From a virus (taxonomy: Duplodnaviria; Heunggongvirae; Uroviricota; Caudoviricetes): 64,000 nucleotides of DNA. The stretch is taken from positions 128,001 to 192,000 of the IMG/VR virus record IMGVR_UViG_3300037466_002980. One strand, given 5' to 3'. Numbering within the stretch: position 1 is the first letter of the stretch; every line of letters starts with the position of its first letter. The notes below the pieces were generated by a model that did not search any database, was not told the origin of the DNA, and was given only the letters and a program-made list of their open reading frames with translations. This document shows positions 38,496 to 47,089 of the stretch, in pieces. Position numbers and translations under genes: made by a program.

Positions 38496-38767
38496 TAATT
38501 CTCTTCCTGAGAATTCACGGTTCTAATTATTTCAATTGATTTCCATTTACCTATCGGACAACTAGAAGAAGTTAATGAGGTTTTGGCATGAACAAAACAT
38601 CCACATTTTTTACACTGTTGAGTGGGATGAAATAAGAACTCACACTGTTGGCAAATAGATAATCTTTCGGATTTTATTTCACTGTCGACTAAAATTGCCG
38701 AACGAGCTTTTTCTTTAGCTTCATTCAATGATTCTAATTTTTCTTTAAGATTATTTAAAAATGTCAT
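38495..38767 (-). CDS. Small Cys-rich protein (DUF6171-like)
   Basis: RLSICQQC...CKKCGCF-x3-K...CPIGKW. Confidence 0.7.
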   Translation of the reverse strand: MTFLNNLKEKLESLNEAKEKARSAILVDSEIKSERLSICQQCEFLFHPTQQCKKCGCFVHAKTSLTSSSCPIGKWKSIEIIRTVNSQEEN

Positions 38768-38790
38768 ATTTGCTATTTATCGCAATTTTT

Positions 38791-38866
38791 TGGCAGGGGC
38801 GGCAGGAATCGAACCTAGCTAACCACGGGTCAAAGCCGAGTATGCATACCATTGCATATCACCCCG
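38791..38866 (-). tRNA. tRNA-Gln(TTG)
   Basis: Loop CTTTGAC, GCCA. Confidence 0.85.
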
Positions 38867-38874
38867 ATAAAAGG

Positions 38875-38940
38875 CAGAATGTTTGTTTTCACTGGTTTTG
38901 ATTAAAAGTCAAATAGTTTGAATTTGCTGTAAACATTCTT
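38875..38940 (-). ncRNA. CAGCA-stem module 3, carrying a Lys(UUU)-like anticodon stem-loop
   Basis: AGAATGTT-TACAGCAA...TTTGA-CTTTTAA-TCAAA...AACATTCT-G. Confidence 0.65.
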
Positions 38941-38952
38941 TAAAAATCAAAA

Positions 38953-39049
38953 CAGAATTCTTTTTATACAATGCACCATGTTTATGAGACATGAAACATC
39001 GATAGGAGTCGAACCTACTTTTCCAATATGGATTGCTGTAAGAATTCTT
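38953..39049 (-). ncRNA. CAGCA-stem module 4, carrying a T-arm
   Basis: AGAATTCT-TACAGCAA...GTAGG-TTCGACT-CCTAT...AGAATTCT-G. Confidence 0.65.
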
Positions 39050-39243
39050 AAAAACCTTCTAATATTACCGAGTGGTTGACTAGACACACTCTACGATTTA
39101 TCTTCGAAGATGCAGCTTCGTTGACTCACGGATAATCGCTAAATCCTATGTTGTCAGGTAATATCAGAATAAAAATGGAGCGGTTCCACGGGTCGGACTG
39201 GTTACCGTGCGTCAGGAACGTTGACACTTTTCACTCCAAAACT

Positions 39244-39320
39244 TGGTACGGACAGTGGGATTCGAACCCACACTTTACAGATTTTAAATCAGTTGACTCT
39301 ACCCATTGGCCTATGCCCGC
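39244..39320 (-). tRNA. tRNA-Leu(TAA), short variable arm
   Basis: Loop TTTAAAA, ACCA. Confidence 0.85.
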
Positions 39321-39490
39321 AAATTCTATTTAAAACGTCGAAAAATTTCTTCTCGAACATCATCATAATCAATATCAAGTTCTCTTAATCTATCAAATTC
39401 ATTGGTGGCTTCATAATGCCACATTTTCACAAATGATTCAAATAAATCCAATAAGGCTGAATTTGATAAATCTTCTAATTTCATAAATTC

Positions 39491-39565
39491 TGGTAGGGCT
39501 GGGGAATTTCGAAATCCCGGCCAACGGATTAAAAGTCCGCTGCTCTGCCTCTGAGCTACAACCCC
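39491..39565 (-). tRNA. tRNA-Lys(TTT)
   Basis: GCGGA-CTTTTAA-TCCGT. Confidence 0.92.
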
Positions 39566-39846
39566 AAAATCTCTAAATAATCTTTTAACACTTCATCGGG
39601 AAGATCGGTCCATAATCGAGAAAAATATCGGTGACTTCCTTTACCATTAAAGGGAAATTCGAGATCACAAGAATGAACATGTAATTCTATTTTTGCTCTA
39701 TCTTCATACACATTATATGATGGCCATATTGATTGAAATTTCTTAGAATTAGCCAATAACCAATCATTCTTATATTCGCCATTTCTTCGGCACATTGGTT
39801 GCCAGCCTTGTAATGCTAAGAATAATCTTTCTTCTCGGTATATCAT
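39556..39846 (-). CDS. Hypothetical protein
   Basis: ATGA overlap; 3' end overlaps tRNA-Lys by about 10 nt. Confidence 0.5.
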   Translation of the reverse strand: MIYREERLFLALQGWQPMCRRNGEYKNDWLLANSKKFQSIWPSYNVYEDRAKIELHVHSCDLEFPFNGKGSHRYFSRLWTDLPDEVLKDYLEILGL

Positions 39847-40097
39847 TTTTCAATTAGATGTCCAAATTTCAACTTAAATTGAAGAAACCAAGGTTTATAC
39901 CTTTCTCTTCCATTAAGTTTGAGTTCCCAATACGAAAACATCCATTGAACTGCCCAGCCTGTGCCATTTGCACGCCATCTGGGCCTATTAATTAAATATA
40001 CCTCTTCCTTACCGACATTATCGATTAGAGTTTGAATTATAGATTGCACTTCTGCGTTATCTATATCCGAATCTACAATCTTTAATTTTATCTTCAT
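39843..40097 (-). CDS. Hypothetical protein (F-x-L-K family)
   Basis: Start trimmed to MKIKLK; FLQFKLKFG. Confidence 0.55.
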   Translation of the reverse strand: MKIKLKIVDSDIDNAEVQSIIQTLIDNVGKEEVYLINRPRWRANGTGWAVQWMFSYWELKLNGRERYKPWFLQFKLKFGHLIEK

Positions 40098-40173
40098 TGG
40101 TCTCCGTACCGGGATTTGAACCCGGACCATATCGCCCCGAACGATACATGCAACCAGATAACACTTTACAGAG
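40098..40173 (-). tRNA. tRNA-Pro(CGG)
   Basis: TATCG-TTCGGGG-CGATA, C1:G72, A73. Confidence 0.85.
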
Positions 40174-40178
40174 AAAAA

Positions 40179-40739
40179 TCAGATTAGATTTTCTGTTCGA
40201 AGGATATCAACAATTGAATCCTTTAATGTGACTTCTGTTCTAACGTTTAATTCAAGAACTTCATCGTTGATCTTGTTCTTCATTTTCTTGATATCAAGAA
40301 TTTCTTTCTTAAATTCTTCAATATCCTTGTCGGTAAATACACCTGTCTTCACAGAGTCTTCGTGATAGTAGGCTGCTTCTTTTCTATGACGAATCTTTTC
40401 TAATTTACCTTTGATTACTTCGACTTCTTCTGATTTCGGCGATTCAGACCAAACCTTAAGTTGTGCAATTTTCTTATCCATAAAAGCAAGTTCGGAAAGT
40501 TTTTCATTTACACCCGATATTGCATTAACTCGTCCAATTTCTTCCCTTAAGGCATATTGTGCCTTAAGAAGGTCTTTAGTTCTCTTAACCTTTAATAATG
40601 CTTCTTCACGTGCCTTACCAAGGATTTCCGAAACACTCTGAAATTCGTTTAAATCGATCGTAGATTCGATCTTAATTTCTTTAATTTGATCTTGAATTGC
40701 GACCTGAATTGCGTTTGCTTTGCGAAGTGTTACTTTCAT
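40179..40739 (-). CDS. Coiled-coil protein (possibly DIP1984-like)
   Basis: MKVTLRKANAIQ...INDEVLELNVRTEV. Confidence 0.65.
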   Translation of the reverse strand: MKVTLRKANAIQVAIQDQIKEIKIESTIDLNEFQSVSEILGKAREEALLKVKRTKDLLKAQYALREEIGRVNAISGVNEKLSELAFMDKKIAQLKVWSESPKSEEVEVIKGKLEKIRHRKEAAYYHEDSVKTGVFTDKDIEEFKKEILDIKKMKNKINDEVLELNVRTEVTLKDSIVDILRTENLI

Positions 40740-40775
40740 TCTAAAACCTTTCTAAATTTGTAATACAGTAAAAAC

Positions 40776-40979
40776 GTATGGTAAGCAAATAGCCGGACAA
40801 AATGCAAAAAACATAGAGACCAAATAATTCTTACCCTAAACAACTTTCAATATACAGAGATTCTAATATTCCCGAAAATCAACAAACATGGCAGAGCCTT
40901 TTAGTTTCGGATCACTAGAATACGAATAGTGTTCAGAACCTAAAACCAAGGTTCTGGTTGCTATTCCTCATCTCCATAC
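40776..40979 (-). promoter_or_regulatory. Structured 5' leader RNA candidate
   Basis: Long-range pairs GTATGG/CCATAC, AATAGC/GCTATT and CCGAAA/TTTCGG enclosing U-rich tracts. Confidence 0.5.
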
Positions 40980-41063
40980 ATTTTCACCGGTTAGTTTTCT
41001 ATGAAAACTAACAAAACTTATTCTATTTTAAAGTACACTATTTCTAATATACTTTAAAATAGT

Positions 41064-41970
41064 AGGACTGAGATTACATCCTTACTGATCGGTACCTCGT
41101 ATATTATTTCAATATCTTGCGGGATATTGATTCTTACGATATCCACTAGGTCTGTTTTCACAGTATCCTAGTCTACCGACAACATCGCCTTTTAAAGTCA
41201 GGCAGTAGACTTGACATGATATTCTACTCTATAATTTCCATTCCGTCTGCCTTGCGAGCAGTTCATTGGTGCTAACCAATTACGAAACATCTATTATAAA
41301 TCAACTTGGCCTTGCGAGCTTTCGTCGAACTTAGTTACCTTACGGTCTAAGTATTAGATGTCTTTCAAATATCACCGAGGCAGTCTTTGCATTTTAATAC
41401 ACGGTTGGAATCGAACCAACTGCTTTCTGTTAGGATACAGACACTCTACCAAATGAGTTACATTGCAACCTACTATGATGTGCTACCTCAGCTGCTATAT
41501 ACCTTGTTAGATACACAATACAGCACACCACGTATCTTTCATCTCGCGGATTACTCGATTGTCTTTCACGATATATGTCAAGAGTCTCGGCGTTTTCGCG
41601 TATCTTGCCATTTACCATTCAAACTGCATTCAAGCCCTTACTTGCGAGGTTCGGACAAGAACACTACCCTTTCTCATACCAATTAACAAATTGGTTTATT
41701 GTGAGGTCAGCACCACCTGTTACTCTCCGCCAACTAACGTTCCCTTTCGGCGTTTAAGTTGGCGTTCTTTCCACAACATTTGCTTTATTGTTACTTCGTC
41801 CGGTCTTATCAGACAAAGCTCCCTCACGGGAGTGAGCAGGCCTGCTTAATGATCCATTACTGGCGGTAGTATGTAGGCTTCCTACCTTTTTCACTCCTTG
41901 CGGAGATCCTTCTTCAATAACCAGCTGGGCGAACCATACTGGTTATTAGGGGTTCAAGCTCCCCGAAATT
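41064..41970 (-). ncRNA. GOLLD-like large ncRNA (about 900 nt)
   Basis: Many GNRA-capped hairpins (GCAA, GAAA, GTAA), internal GAGTAACAGGTGGTGCTG, 3' GGATGTAATCTCAGTCC, inside a phage tRNA cluster; family assignment is from recall and 5' boundary is approximate. Confidence 0.65.
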
Positions 41971-41972
41971 CT

Positions 41973-42308
41973 TTACTTATATCTATACTGTTCTCTTATT
42001 CTTGTTTGTACTTCAGCATTATTATTTTTCTTCTTCATCCATTCATGAACAATGGGTGCCCAAATACTAATATGATTCCATGCATTTCCACCTTCACGAA
42101 CTAATCCGAGGTTTTCAAATGCTAAATCGTGACGACCATTTGCTTCCTCGTATTGTTTTCTTAATTTTTTCTGTCTAGTTTCACTAAGTTCGCTGGGATG
42201 AATGGATAATTTAACTCTTTCTTCGCGATCACCATAACGTCCATTCCATGACCAATCATAATTTTTATCTTTTGTTTTTTGTTTTTTGTTCATAGTGTTA
42301 ATCAACAA
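41973..42308 (-). CDS. Hypothetical protein
   Basis: ORF directly after a sigma70 promoter. Confidence 0.55.
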   Translation of the reverse strand: MLINTMNKKQKTKDKNYDWSWNGRYGDREERVKLSIHPSELSETRQKKLRKQYEEANGRHDLAFENLGLVREGGNAWNHISIWAPIVHEWMKKKNNNAEVQTRIREQYRYK

Positions 42309-42316
42309 CAGACTCT

Positions 42317-42345
42317 AGTTTATAAAATTTTAGTTTACATGTCAA
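42317..42345 (-). promoter_or_regulatory. sigma70-type promoter
   Basis: TTGACA-17 nt-TAAACT. Confidence 0.65.
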
Positions 42346-42357
42346 CTTGATTTTTAA

Positions 42358-43149
42358 TTAATTAAATCCCAATTCTTTTCTAATCTTAGTTGCTGAAATA
42401 GACATGATACTTTCATCGAAAATTTCTTCTTCGATTTTATATCCAACATTTCGACCATATGTGATATTAACAATATTAGGTACTCTAATAATTTCAAATT
42501 GTCCTTGATAAATCGGATCTAAATCTTTCTTGATAAATTCTCTTGATTGGTCAAAAGAAAATGGATTACTTTCATTCCAATGTTGGCAATCACGAATCAT
42601 AATTGCAACCTGTCCTGTCTTAGCAATTGCTCTTTCAAATAAATTTCTATGACCTTTATGCCAAGGTTGCCATCTGCCGAGCATTTGAACTGTTTCTTTT
42701 TTCCAATCAAAAACAGGACGGCGTTTATCTTCTATAAGATGATGTCCAATAAATGAAGACCAAACTTCAGAATTTTGTTCAGTAATTCGAAAATCATACG
42801 AATCCGGATTGACAAACATCTTATTTGTATCTTCAAATCTTCCTTTTTCGATAGTATCGAGCCAAATAAACCAGTCTGCATTGAAATGATGTCTCATTTC
42901 AATCAATGGTGCAACAAAATCACAAATAACAAAGTCTGTGTTTTCTTGTTCAGCAAGTTCGGACATTCTCTTACTTTGACGGATTCTGCCTTCATAGGAA
43001 AAATCAAAATCATCAAACTTTGTTCTTATCTCGTCAGCGTTGAACCACGAAACTGTCTTATTATTTGTTTCGAGATATTCTTTTAATTTTCCGGCTAAAG
43101 TTGTCTTCCCGGCACCGGGTAAACCCATAATTAATATTTTCTTAGGCAT
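42358..43149 (-). CDS. Adenylylsulfate (APS) kinase-like domain fused to a HIGH-type nucleotidyltransferase-like domain
   Basis: GLPGAGKTT, NADEIR, DFSYEGR; then LGRWQPWHKGH and ISATKIR. Confidence 0.8.
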   Translation of the reverse strand: MPKKILIMGLPGAGKTTLAGKLKEYLETNNKTVSWFNADEIRTKFDDFDFSYEGRIRQSKRMSELAEQENTDFVICDFVAPLIEMRHHFNADWFIWLDTIEKGRFEDTNKMFVNPDSYDFRITEQNSEVWSSFIGHHLIEDKRRPVFDWKKETVQMLGRWQPWHKGHRNLFERAIAKTGQVAIMIRDCQHWNESNPFSFDQSREFIKKDLDPIYQGQFEIIRVPNIVNITYGRNVGYKIEEEIFDESIMSISATKIRKELGFN

Positions 43150-43507
43150 TTAAATTCCTTTTTTCCCACTTTTCACGTGCCTTCTTAATATCATACTGAA
43201 TTGCAGCAGCACAAGAAAATTGCATTCCTATTTGAAAATTACAATGATTTAATTTAAATGGTTTCAGTACTCTATCACCATTCCACCAACGACGTTCGGT
43301 TTTTATAAGTCCTTTTTCTTCGAGTTCATTTCGAAGTCTTGTAAATTCTGGATGATCAATACTAGAGTGGCAACTATAATCGCCTTTACCTTGAAGTAAT
43401 AAAATTATATCTTCTTCTGTCTTTTCTTTCTTTTCTTTAATGTAATTACCACTATAATGGATTTCTACTGATTTAAGAAATTGTTCGTCAATATAAAATT
43501 GTTTCAT
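43142..43507 (-). CDS. Hypothetical protein
   Basis: 121 aa, overlaps the next start. Confidence 0.65.
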   Translation of the reverse strand: MKQFYIDEQFLKSVEIHYSGNYIKEKKEKTEEDIILLLQGKGDYSCHSSIDHPEFTRLRNELEEKGLIKTERRWWNGDRVLKPFKLNHCNFQIGMQFSCAAAIQYDIKKAREKWEKRNLNA

Positions 43508-43520
43508 AATGTTCTATAAA

Positions 43521-43609
43521 TGGCGGAAAGTATAGGATTCGAACCTATGCATCCATTTTCTGAACGACAGTTTAGCAAACTGCTGCCTTAACCACTCGGC
43601 CAACTTTCC
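43521..43609 (-). tRNA. tRNA-Ser(GCT)
   Basis: Loop TTGCTAA, long variable arm. Confidence 0.95.
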
Positions 43610-43612
43610 AAA

Positions 43613-43912
43613 TTAATTGTTATCCGATTTAGCAATTGCGCTCATAAGACATAATGCATTTATTCGCAATTCTTTTGTTTTTCTATTATCGGGATTTCCA
43701 AATACACCCTTAACGAGCGTGTTCTTATTTAATTGATTTTGAAACAAATATGCAATTGCCAGCGATTCCGGATCATTATAATCAAAAAATTTCATTGACA
43801 TTTGCTTCTTATGTTTTAACATGTAAATGGCATGACAAGCATACCTTGCTTTATTGGAAAATACCAATTCGGCTGCTTTTCTATATAATTCACTTTGTTT
43901 CATATCTATCAA
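43613..43912 (-). CDS. Hypothetical protein
   Basis: 99 aa ORF between tRNAs. Confidence 0.55.
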   Translation of the reverse strand: MIDMKQSELYRKAAELVFSNKARYACHAIYMLKHKKQMSMKFFDYNDPESLAIAYLFQNQLNKNTLVKGVFGNPDNRKTKELRINALCLMSAIAKSDNN

Positions 43913-43956
43913 TATTTGAATCTATATTATACCGTCTTAAATTTGAAATAGCAATT

Positions 43957-44031
43957 TGGCAAGGGCTGATGTATTCGAAACATCTACAATCACGCTCAGA
44001 ACGTGACGCGTCGCCATTCCGCCTAGCCCCA
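43957..44031 (-). tRNA. tRNA-Gln(CTG)
   Basis: TCACG-TTCTGAG-CGTGA, GCCA. Confidence 0.85.
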
Positions 44032-44040
44032 ATAAATCTA

Positions 44041-44115
44041 TGGACCCGCTTAGAGGAATCAAACCTCTATCTTAAGTTTCGAAGACTTTTATATTATTCA
44101 TTATACGAAAGCGGG
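44041..44115 (-). tRNA. tRNA-Arg(TCG)
   Basis: Loop CTTCGAA, CCA. Confidence 0.8.
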
Positions 44116-44122
44116 AAAAATC

Positions 44123-44198
44123 TGGTGGAACACATGGGAGTCGAACCCACCTAATCTACCTTATGAGAGTAGTGCATCAGCCGCTCTGCCAATGTTCC
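44123..44198 (-). tRNA. tRNA(CAT) Met/Ile2
   Basis: CTACT-CTCATAA-GGTAG. Confidence 0.9.
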
Positions 44199-44203
44199 GA
44201 AAA

Positions 44204-44255
44204 CAGGTTACGTTTCTTTTTACCAAAATAGAATTAAATTGCCGAATGTAACCTT
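44204..44255 (-). ncRNA. CAGCA-stem module 5 (minimal)
   Basis: AGGTTAC-ATTCGGCAA...GTAACCT-G. Confidence 0.55.
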
Positions 44256-44260
44256 TAAAA

Positions 44261-44336
44261 TGGTGCTGCCTCGTGGAATCGAACCACGTTCACATGCTCT
44301 TCAGGCACGCGCTATGACCACATCAGCTAAAGCAGC
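44261..44336 (-). tRNA. tRNA-Phe(GAA)
   Basis: CGTGC-CTGAAGA-GCATG. Confidence 0.9.
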
Positions 44337-44337
44337 A

Positions 44338-44607
44338 TTAATCTTTAAAGACATGTATTTCTTCTCTTTTCTTCTTTAATTTAACTTCTTGTTCATCATA
44401 ATGATGTTCGAGATAAAGAATTAAACCTTCGTCAAACGTCCAATTATTTTGTTTACAGAAATTACTAAACATTAGGAAATCTTTTGAATATGCTTCCGGC
44501 ACATAAATTTTTGATTGTTTTAGTAATTCTAAAAATTCAGTTGGCGGAGTTCTTTTAAGATGACGGAAAACTTTCTCATCTGCATTATTTGAACCATTCT
44601 GGAACAT
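44338..44607 (-). CDS. Hypothetical protein
   Basis: Start trimmed to MFQNGSN. Confidence 0.5.
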   Translation of the reverse strand: MFQNGSNNADEKVFRHLKRTPPTEFLELLKQSKIYVPEAYSKDFLMFSNFCKQNNWTFDEGLILYLEHHYDEQEVKLKKKREEIHVFKD

Positions 44608-45046
44608 CTCTTTCCTTCCACGATGCAATTTCTTGCTTATATTTTTTATAATAATTTCTATAACTTTGAATAGGATCATCTGTCTTAACATCCCCCGGCA
44701 TTGCTAATCTAAAAGGTGTTTTACCGATTGCAGGCAATGCAGGAACAGGTAATATTTGAATAACATCAAATGCCTTATGATTGATAGATTTCTTATATCT
44801 ATATTGATATTCTTTATTTAATTCTGTTGCTAAATCTCTTAACCATAACCAATTATCAAGTGATTCCCTAACCCAAATTGCACTAGGATGATTTTTATGT
44901 GTTATCTTGTAACCTATATCATTTCCCGATAATCTAACTGCTGTACTCAATAATTGAGCATATTCGGTAATCATCTTCACTACATGTTTATCTACATGGT
45001 AGGTTGCATTTAGATAATGATTATTGTCTAAATAAAAAATATTCAT
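44585..45046 (-). CDS. Pyrimidine dimer DNA glycosylase-like (Pyr_excise family) protein
   Basis: MNIFYLD, DKHVVKM-x2-E-x-AQLLST, THKNHP, YRNYY. Confidence 0.8.
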   Translation of the reverse strand: MNIFYLDNNHYLNATYHVDKHVVKMITEYAQLLSTAVRLSGNDIGYKITHKNHPSAIWVRESLDNWLWLRDLATELNKEYQYRYKKSINHKAFDVIQILPVPALPAIGKTPFRLAMPGDVKTDDPIQSYRNYYKKYKQEIASWKERDVPEWFK

Positions 45047-45240
45047 TCTATGTCTTTAGGACTAACTAAAATCCATCTAACATTTCCGGATGAATCTGAA
45101 AATTCTAATTCAATGCCATATTCGTTAATCTCCGAAATGGATCCTTCAACGCAATCAGAAACTAATTTCTTAATTGCAATTTGATCTTCTTCGGGAAGTC
45201 CATTAAGCAACTCCGGCGATGCTTGTTTTAGTTTTACCAT
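45043..45240 (-). CDS. Hypothetical protein
   Basis: Start trimmed to avoid tRNA-Gly. Confidence 0.5.
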   Translation of the reverse strand: MVKLKQASPELLNGLPEEDQIAIKKLVSDCVEGSISEINEYGIELEFSDSSGNVRWILVSPKDIE

Positions 45241-45256
45241 ATGTACTTGATTAATT

Positions 45257-45330
45257 TGGAGCGGGTAACGAGAATCGAACTCGTACGATAACCATGGCAA
45301 GGTCACAGGCAACCATTACATCATACCCGC
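45257..45330 (-). tRNA. tRNA-Gly(GCC)
   Basis: Loop TTGCCAT, U73. Confidence 0.9.
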
Positions 45331-45331
45331 A

Positions 45332-45571
45332 TTATTCTACTAATTTGTTTACTTCTTCGAAACTAATCTCTTGTAATGTTCTTTCGTTTAACCCTCGTCT
45401 GGGGTTAGAACACATCCAACAACTACATGGTTTTGGTGTATCTACAACCATTCCGAGTTGCCTTCCCGGATCTAACTCATTATTAATATGGTGCAAATCT
45501 TTACCCCAATAGAAACGACGTTTTTTCTTTAATCTTTCTATATGAGCTCTTCTTTCAGATCTATCTCTCAT
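45332..45571 (-). CDS. Small basic protein with CSCxxCxNPR motif
   Basis: TPKPCSCWMCSNPRR; AGGAG SD. Confidence 0.7.
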   Translation of the reverse strand: MRDRSERRAHIERLKKKRRFYWGKDLHHINNELDPGRQLGMVVDTPKPCSCWMCSNPRRGLNERTLQEISFEEVNKLVE

Positions 45572-45581
45572 ATTATTCTCC

Positions 45582-45672
45582 TGGAGGAAGAAGGACGTAT
45601 CGAACGCCTACCGAAAAATATCGATACCTCTGTTTTCGAAACAGCGATGGGGACCTCCCCACAACATCTTCC
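45582..45672 (-). tRNA. tRNA-Ser(CGA), atypical D arm
   Basis: Loop TTCGAAA, long variable arm, CCA. Confidence 0.75.
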
Positions 45673-45681
45673 GATAAAATC

Positions 45682-45755
45682 TGGTAGGTCATGACAGAAT
45701 CGAACTGCCGTCATTGCCTTGTAAAAGCAAGGTTCTCCCATTAAACTAATGACCC
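45682..45755 (-). tRNA. tRNA-Val(TAC)
   Basis: TTGCT-TTTACAA-GGCAA. Confidence 0.9.
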
Positions 45756-45770
45756 AATTTAATACTGTTT

Positions 45771-45799
45771 ATTCTAAATTATTTCAGAATGATTGTCAA
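45771..45799 (-). promoter_or_regulatory. sigma70-type promoter inside the tRNA array
   Basis: TTGACA-17 nt-TAGAAT. Confidence 0.7.
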
Positions 45800-45800
45800 G

Positions 45801-45877
45801 TGGTACCCCTGGTAAGATTCGAACCTACAACCAACAACTTTTGAGGATGTCCGCACTACCAATTAGCGTACAGGGGC
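45801..45877 (-). tRNA. tRNA-Leu(CAA), short variable arm
   Basis: Loop CTCAAAA, ACCA. Confidence 0.8.
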
Positions 45878-45886
45878 ATTTTTATT

Positions 45887-45974
45887 TGGAGTGCCGTACT
45901 GGATTCTAACCAGTGTGGGATTTTAATCCATCAGTTTTGCAGACTGCTGCCTTCGTACGCTCGACCAACGGCAC
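45887..45974 (-). tRNA. tRNA-Cys(GCA), long variable arm
   Basis: Loop CTGCAAA, U73. Confidence 0.85.
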
Positions 45975-45980
45975 ATTATT

Positions 45981-46074
45981 TGGTGGGTGTTGTGGGTTAT
46001 CGAACCACGACCCCTATTATCCATATTCACTGGTAGTGATAGATAACAGTGCTCTCCCTCTGAGCTAAACTCCC
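45981..46074 (-). ncRNA. tRNA-like RNA with a greatly elongated anticodon arm and CCA
   Basis: Canonical D arm, ACCA end; CTGTTATCTAT/ATGGATAATAG stem plus CACT-ACC-AGTG. Confidence 0.6.
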
Positions 46075-46298
46075 AATATTAGAATAAAATTCTATATCTA
46101 TATTGAATTCCACCTCGAATATATATTGCACTTGATGAACTCTTATCCTTTTGATAATTTCCATCATTTGTTATAGTAGGAAATAGATCCGAGGTAAGAT
46201 AAAATTTACCGTGTTCGAATTGCATTGAAGAACATCCGGTAGATAGTACACCGAACAGTACAATAGATAATAGGCGTTTCATTACATTATTTATTATC

Positions 46299-46374
46299 TG
46301 GGCGGTCATTACGGTTACGATCCGTTCTTACCTGTTTCACAGACAGGGGTGGTAGCCACTCCACTAAATGCCGC
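46299..46374 (-). tRNA. tRNA-His(GTG)
   Basis: CCTGT-CTGTGAA-ACAGG, G-1:C73. Confidence 0.85.
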
Positions 46375-46386
46375 ATAAATTCAAAA

Positions 46387-46508
46387 CAGGTTCGCATTTT
46401 TTAAGTTCTACCGCTAAACTAATGTGGCGACCAACTCACATCCGGGATTCGAACCCGGGCCTTCCTTTTACAATAAAGATATAATTTAAATTTGCTGAAA
46501 CGAACCTA
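46387..46508 (-). ncRNA. CAGCA-stem module 6 with circularly permuted tRNA domain (YrlA-like)
   Basis: AGGTTCG-TTTCAGCAA, T arm CCGGG-TTCGAAT-CCCGG, closed acceptor, D arm GTTT-AGCGGTA-GAAC, CGAACCT-G. Confidence 0.75.
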
Positions 46509-46512
46509 ATGG

Positions 46513-46932
46513 TCAATTCTTTTTTAATTCCTCAATCAATTCTTCTACATTGTAGAATACACCACTGGCAAATTGATACATGACATCCCAACGTTCGGGA
46601 TTGTCTAATAGGATATAACCAGGTTTTCCACAACCGATAACGTATCCTAATTCTAAATGTGCAGATTTTCCTGCAGGTAATGCTAGAACTGCGATATCAT
46701 TTCTGTCAAGGTGAAATTTATCGAAATTATAGACATGCTTCGCTGCATATCCTTGTAGAGCAGTTTTGTAATCATGCCCCTTTGCTTTCTCGTGATCTCT
46801 CCAACAGTCATCTGCATTCTCGGAAGCTGACCACCAATCATCAAATACTTCGTGTCCTGCATTTCGCAATTTATTAGCGATATTAACAATTTCTGTATTT
46901 CTTAATGAACCGATTAAATAAATGTTTGCCAT
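46513..46932 (-). CDS. Nucleoside 2-deoxyribosyltransferase-like protein
   Basis: IYLIGS, LRNAGHEVFD, GKSAHLELGY. Confidence 0.7.
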   Translation of the reverse strand: MANIYLIGSLRNTEIVNIANKLRNAGHEVFDDWWSASENADDCWRDHEKAKGHDYKTALQGYAAKHVYNFDKFHLDRNDIAVLALPAGKSAHLELGYVIGCGKPGYILLDNPERWDVMYQFASGVFYNVEELIEELKKN

Positions 46933-47089
46933 AATGTAATACTTTAAAACAAATACTTATTTAATGCAAGATTCTTCATTTAGAATTACGAACATATTCA
47001 ATATATTGTTAGAAATTCTGTGATGGGGTTCACTTACGCCGGTACAATCCGGTTCCCATAACCCTCTGGGTAAACATAACAATATAATC

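Noticed and set aside
41387-42104. Short ORFs on both strands within the GOLLD-like region
   Set aside because: They have no SD or protein motifs; the sequence is better explained by RNA hairpins.
45801-45877. Opal suppressor reading (TCA)
   Set aside because: The stem register supports loop CTCAAAA, anticodon CAA.
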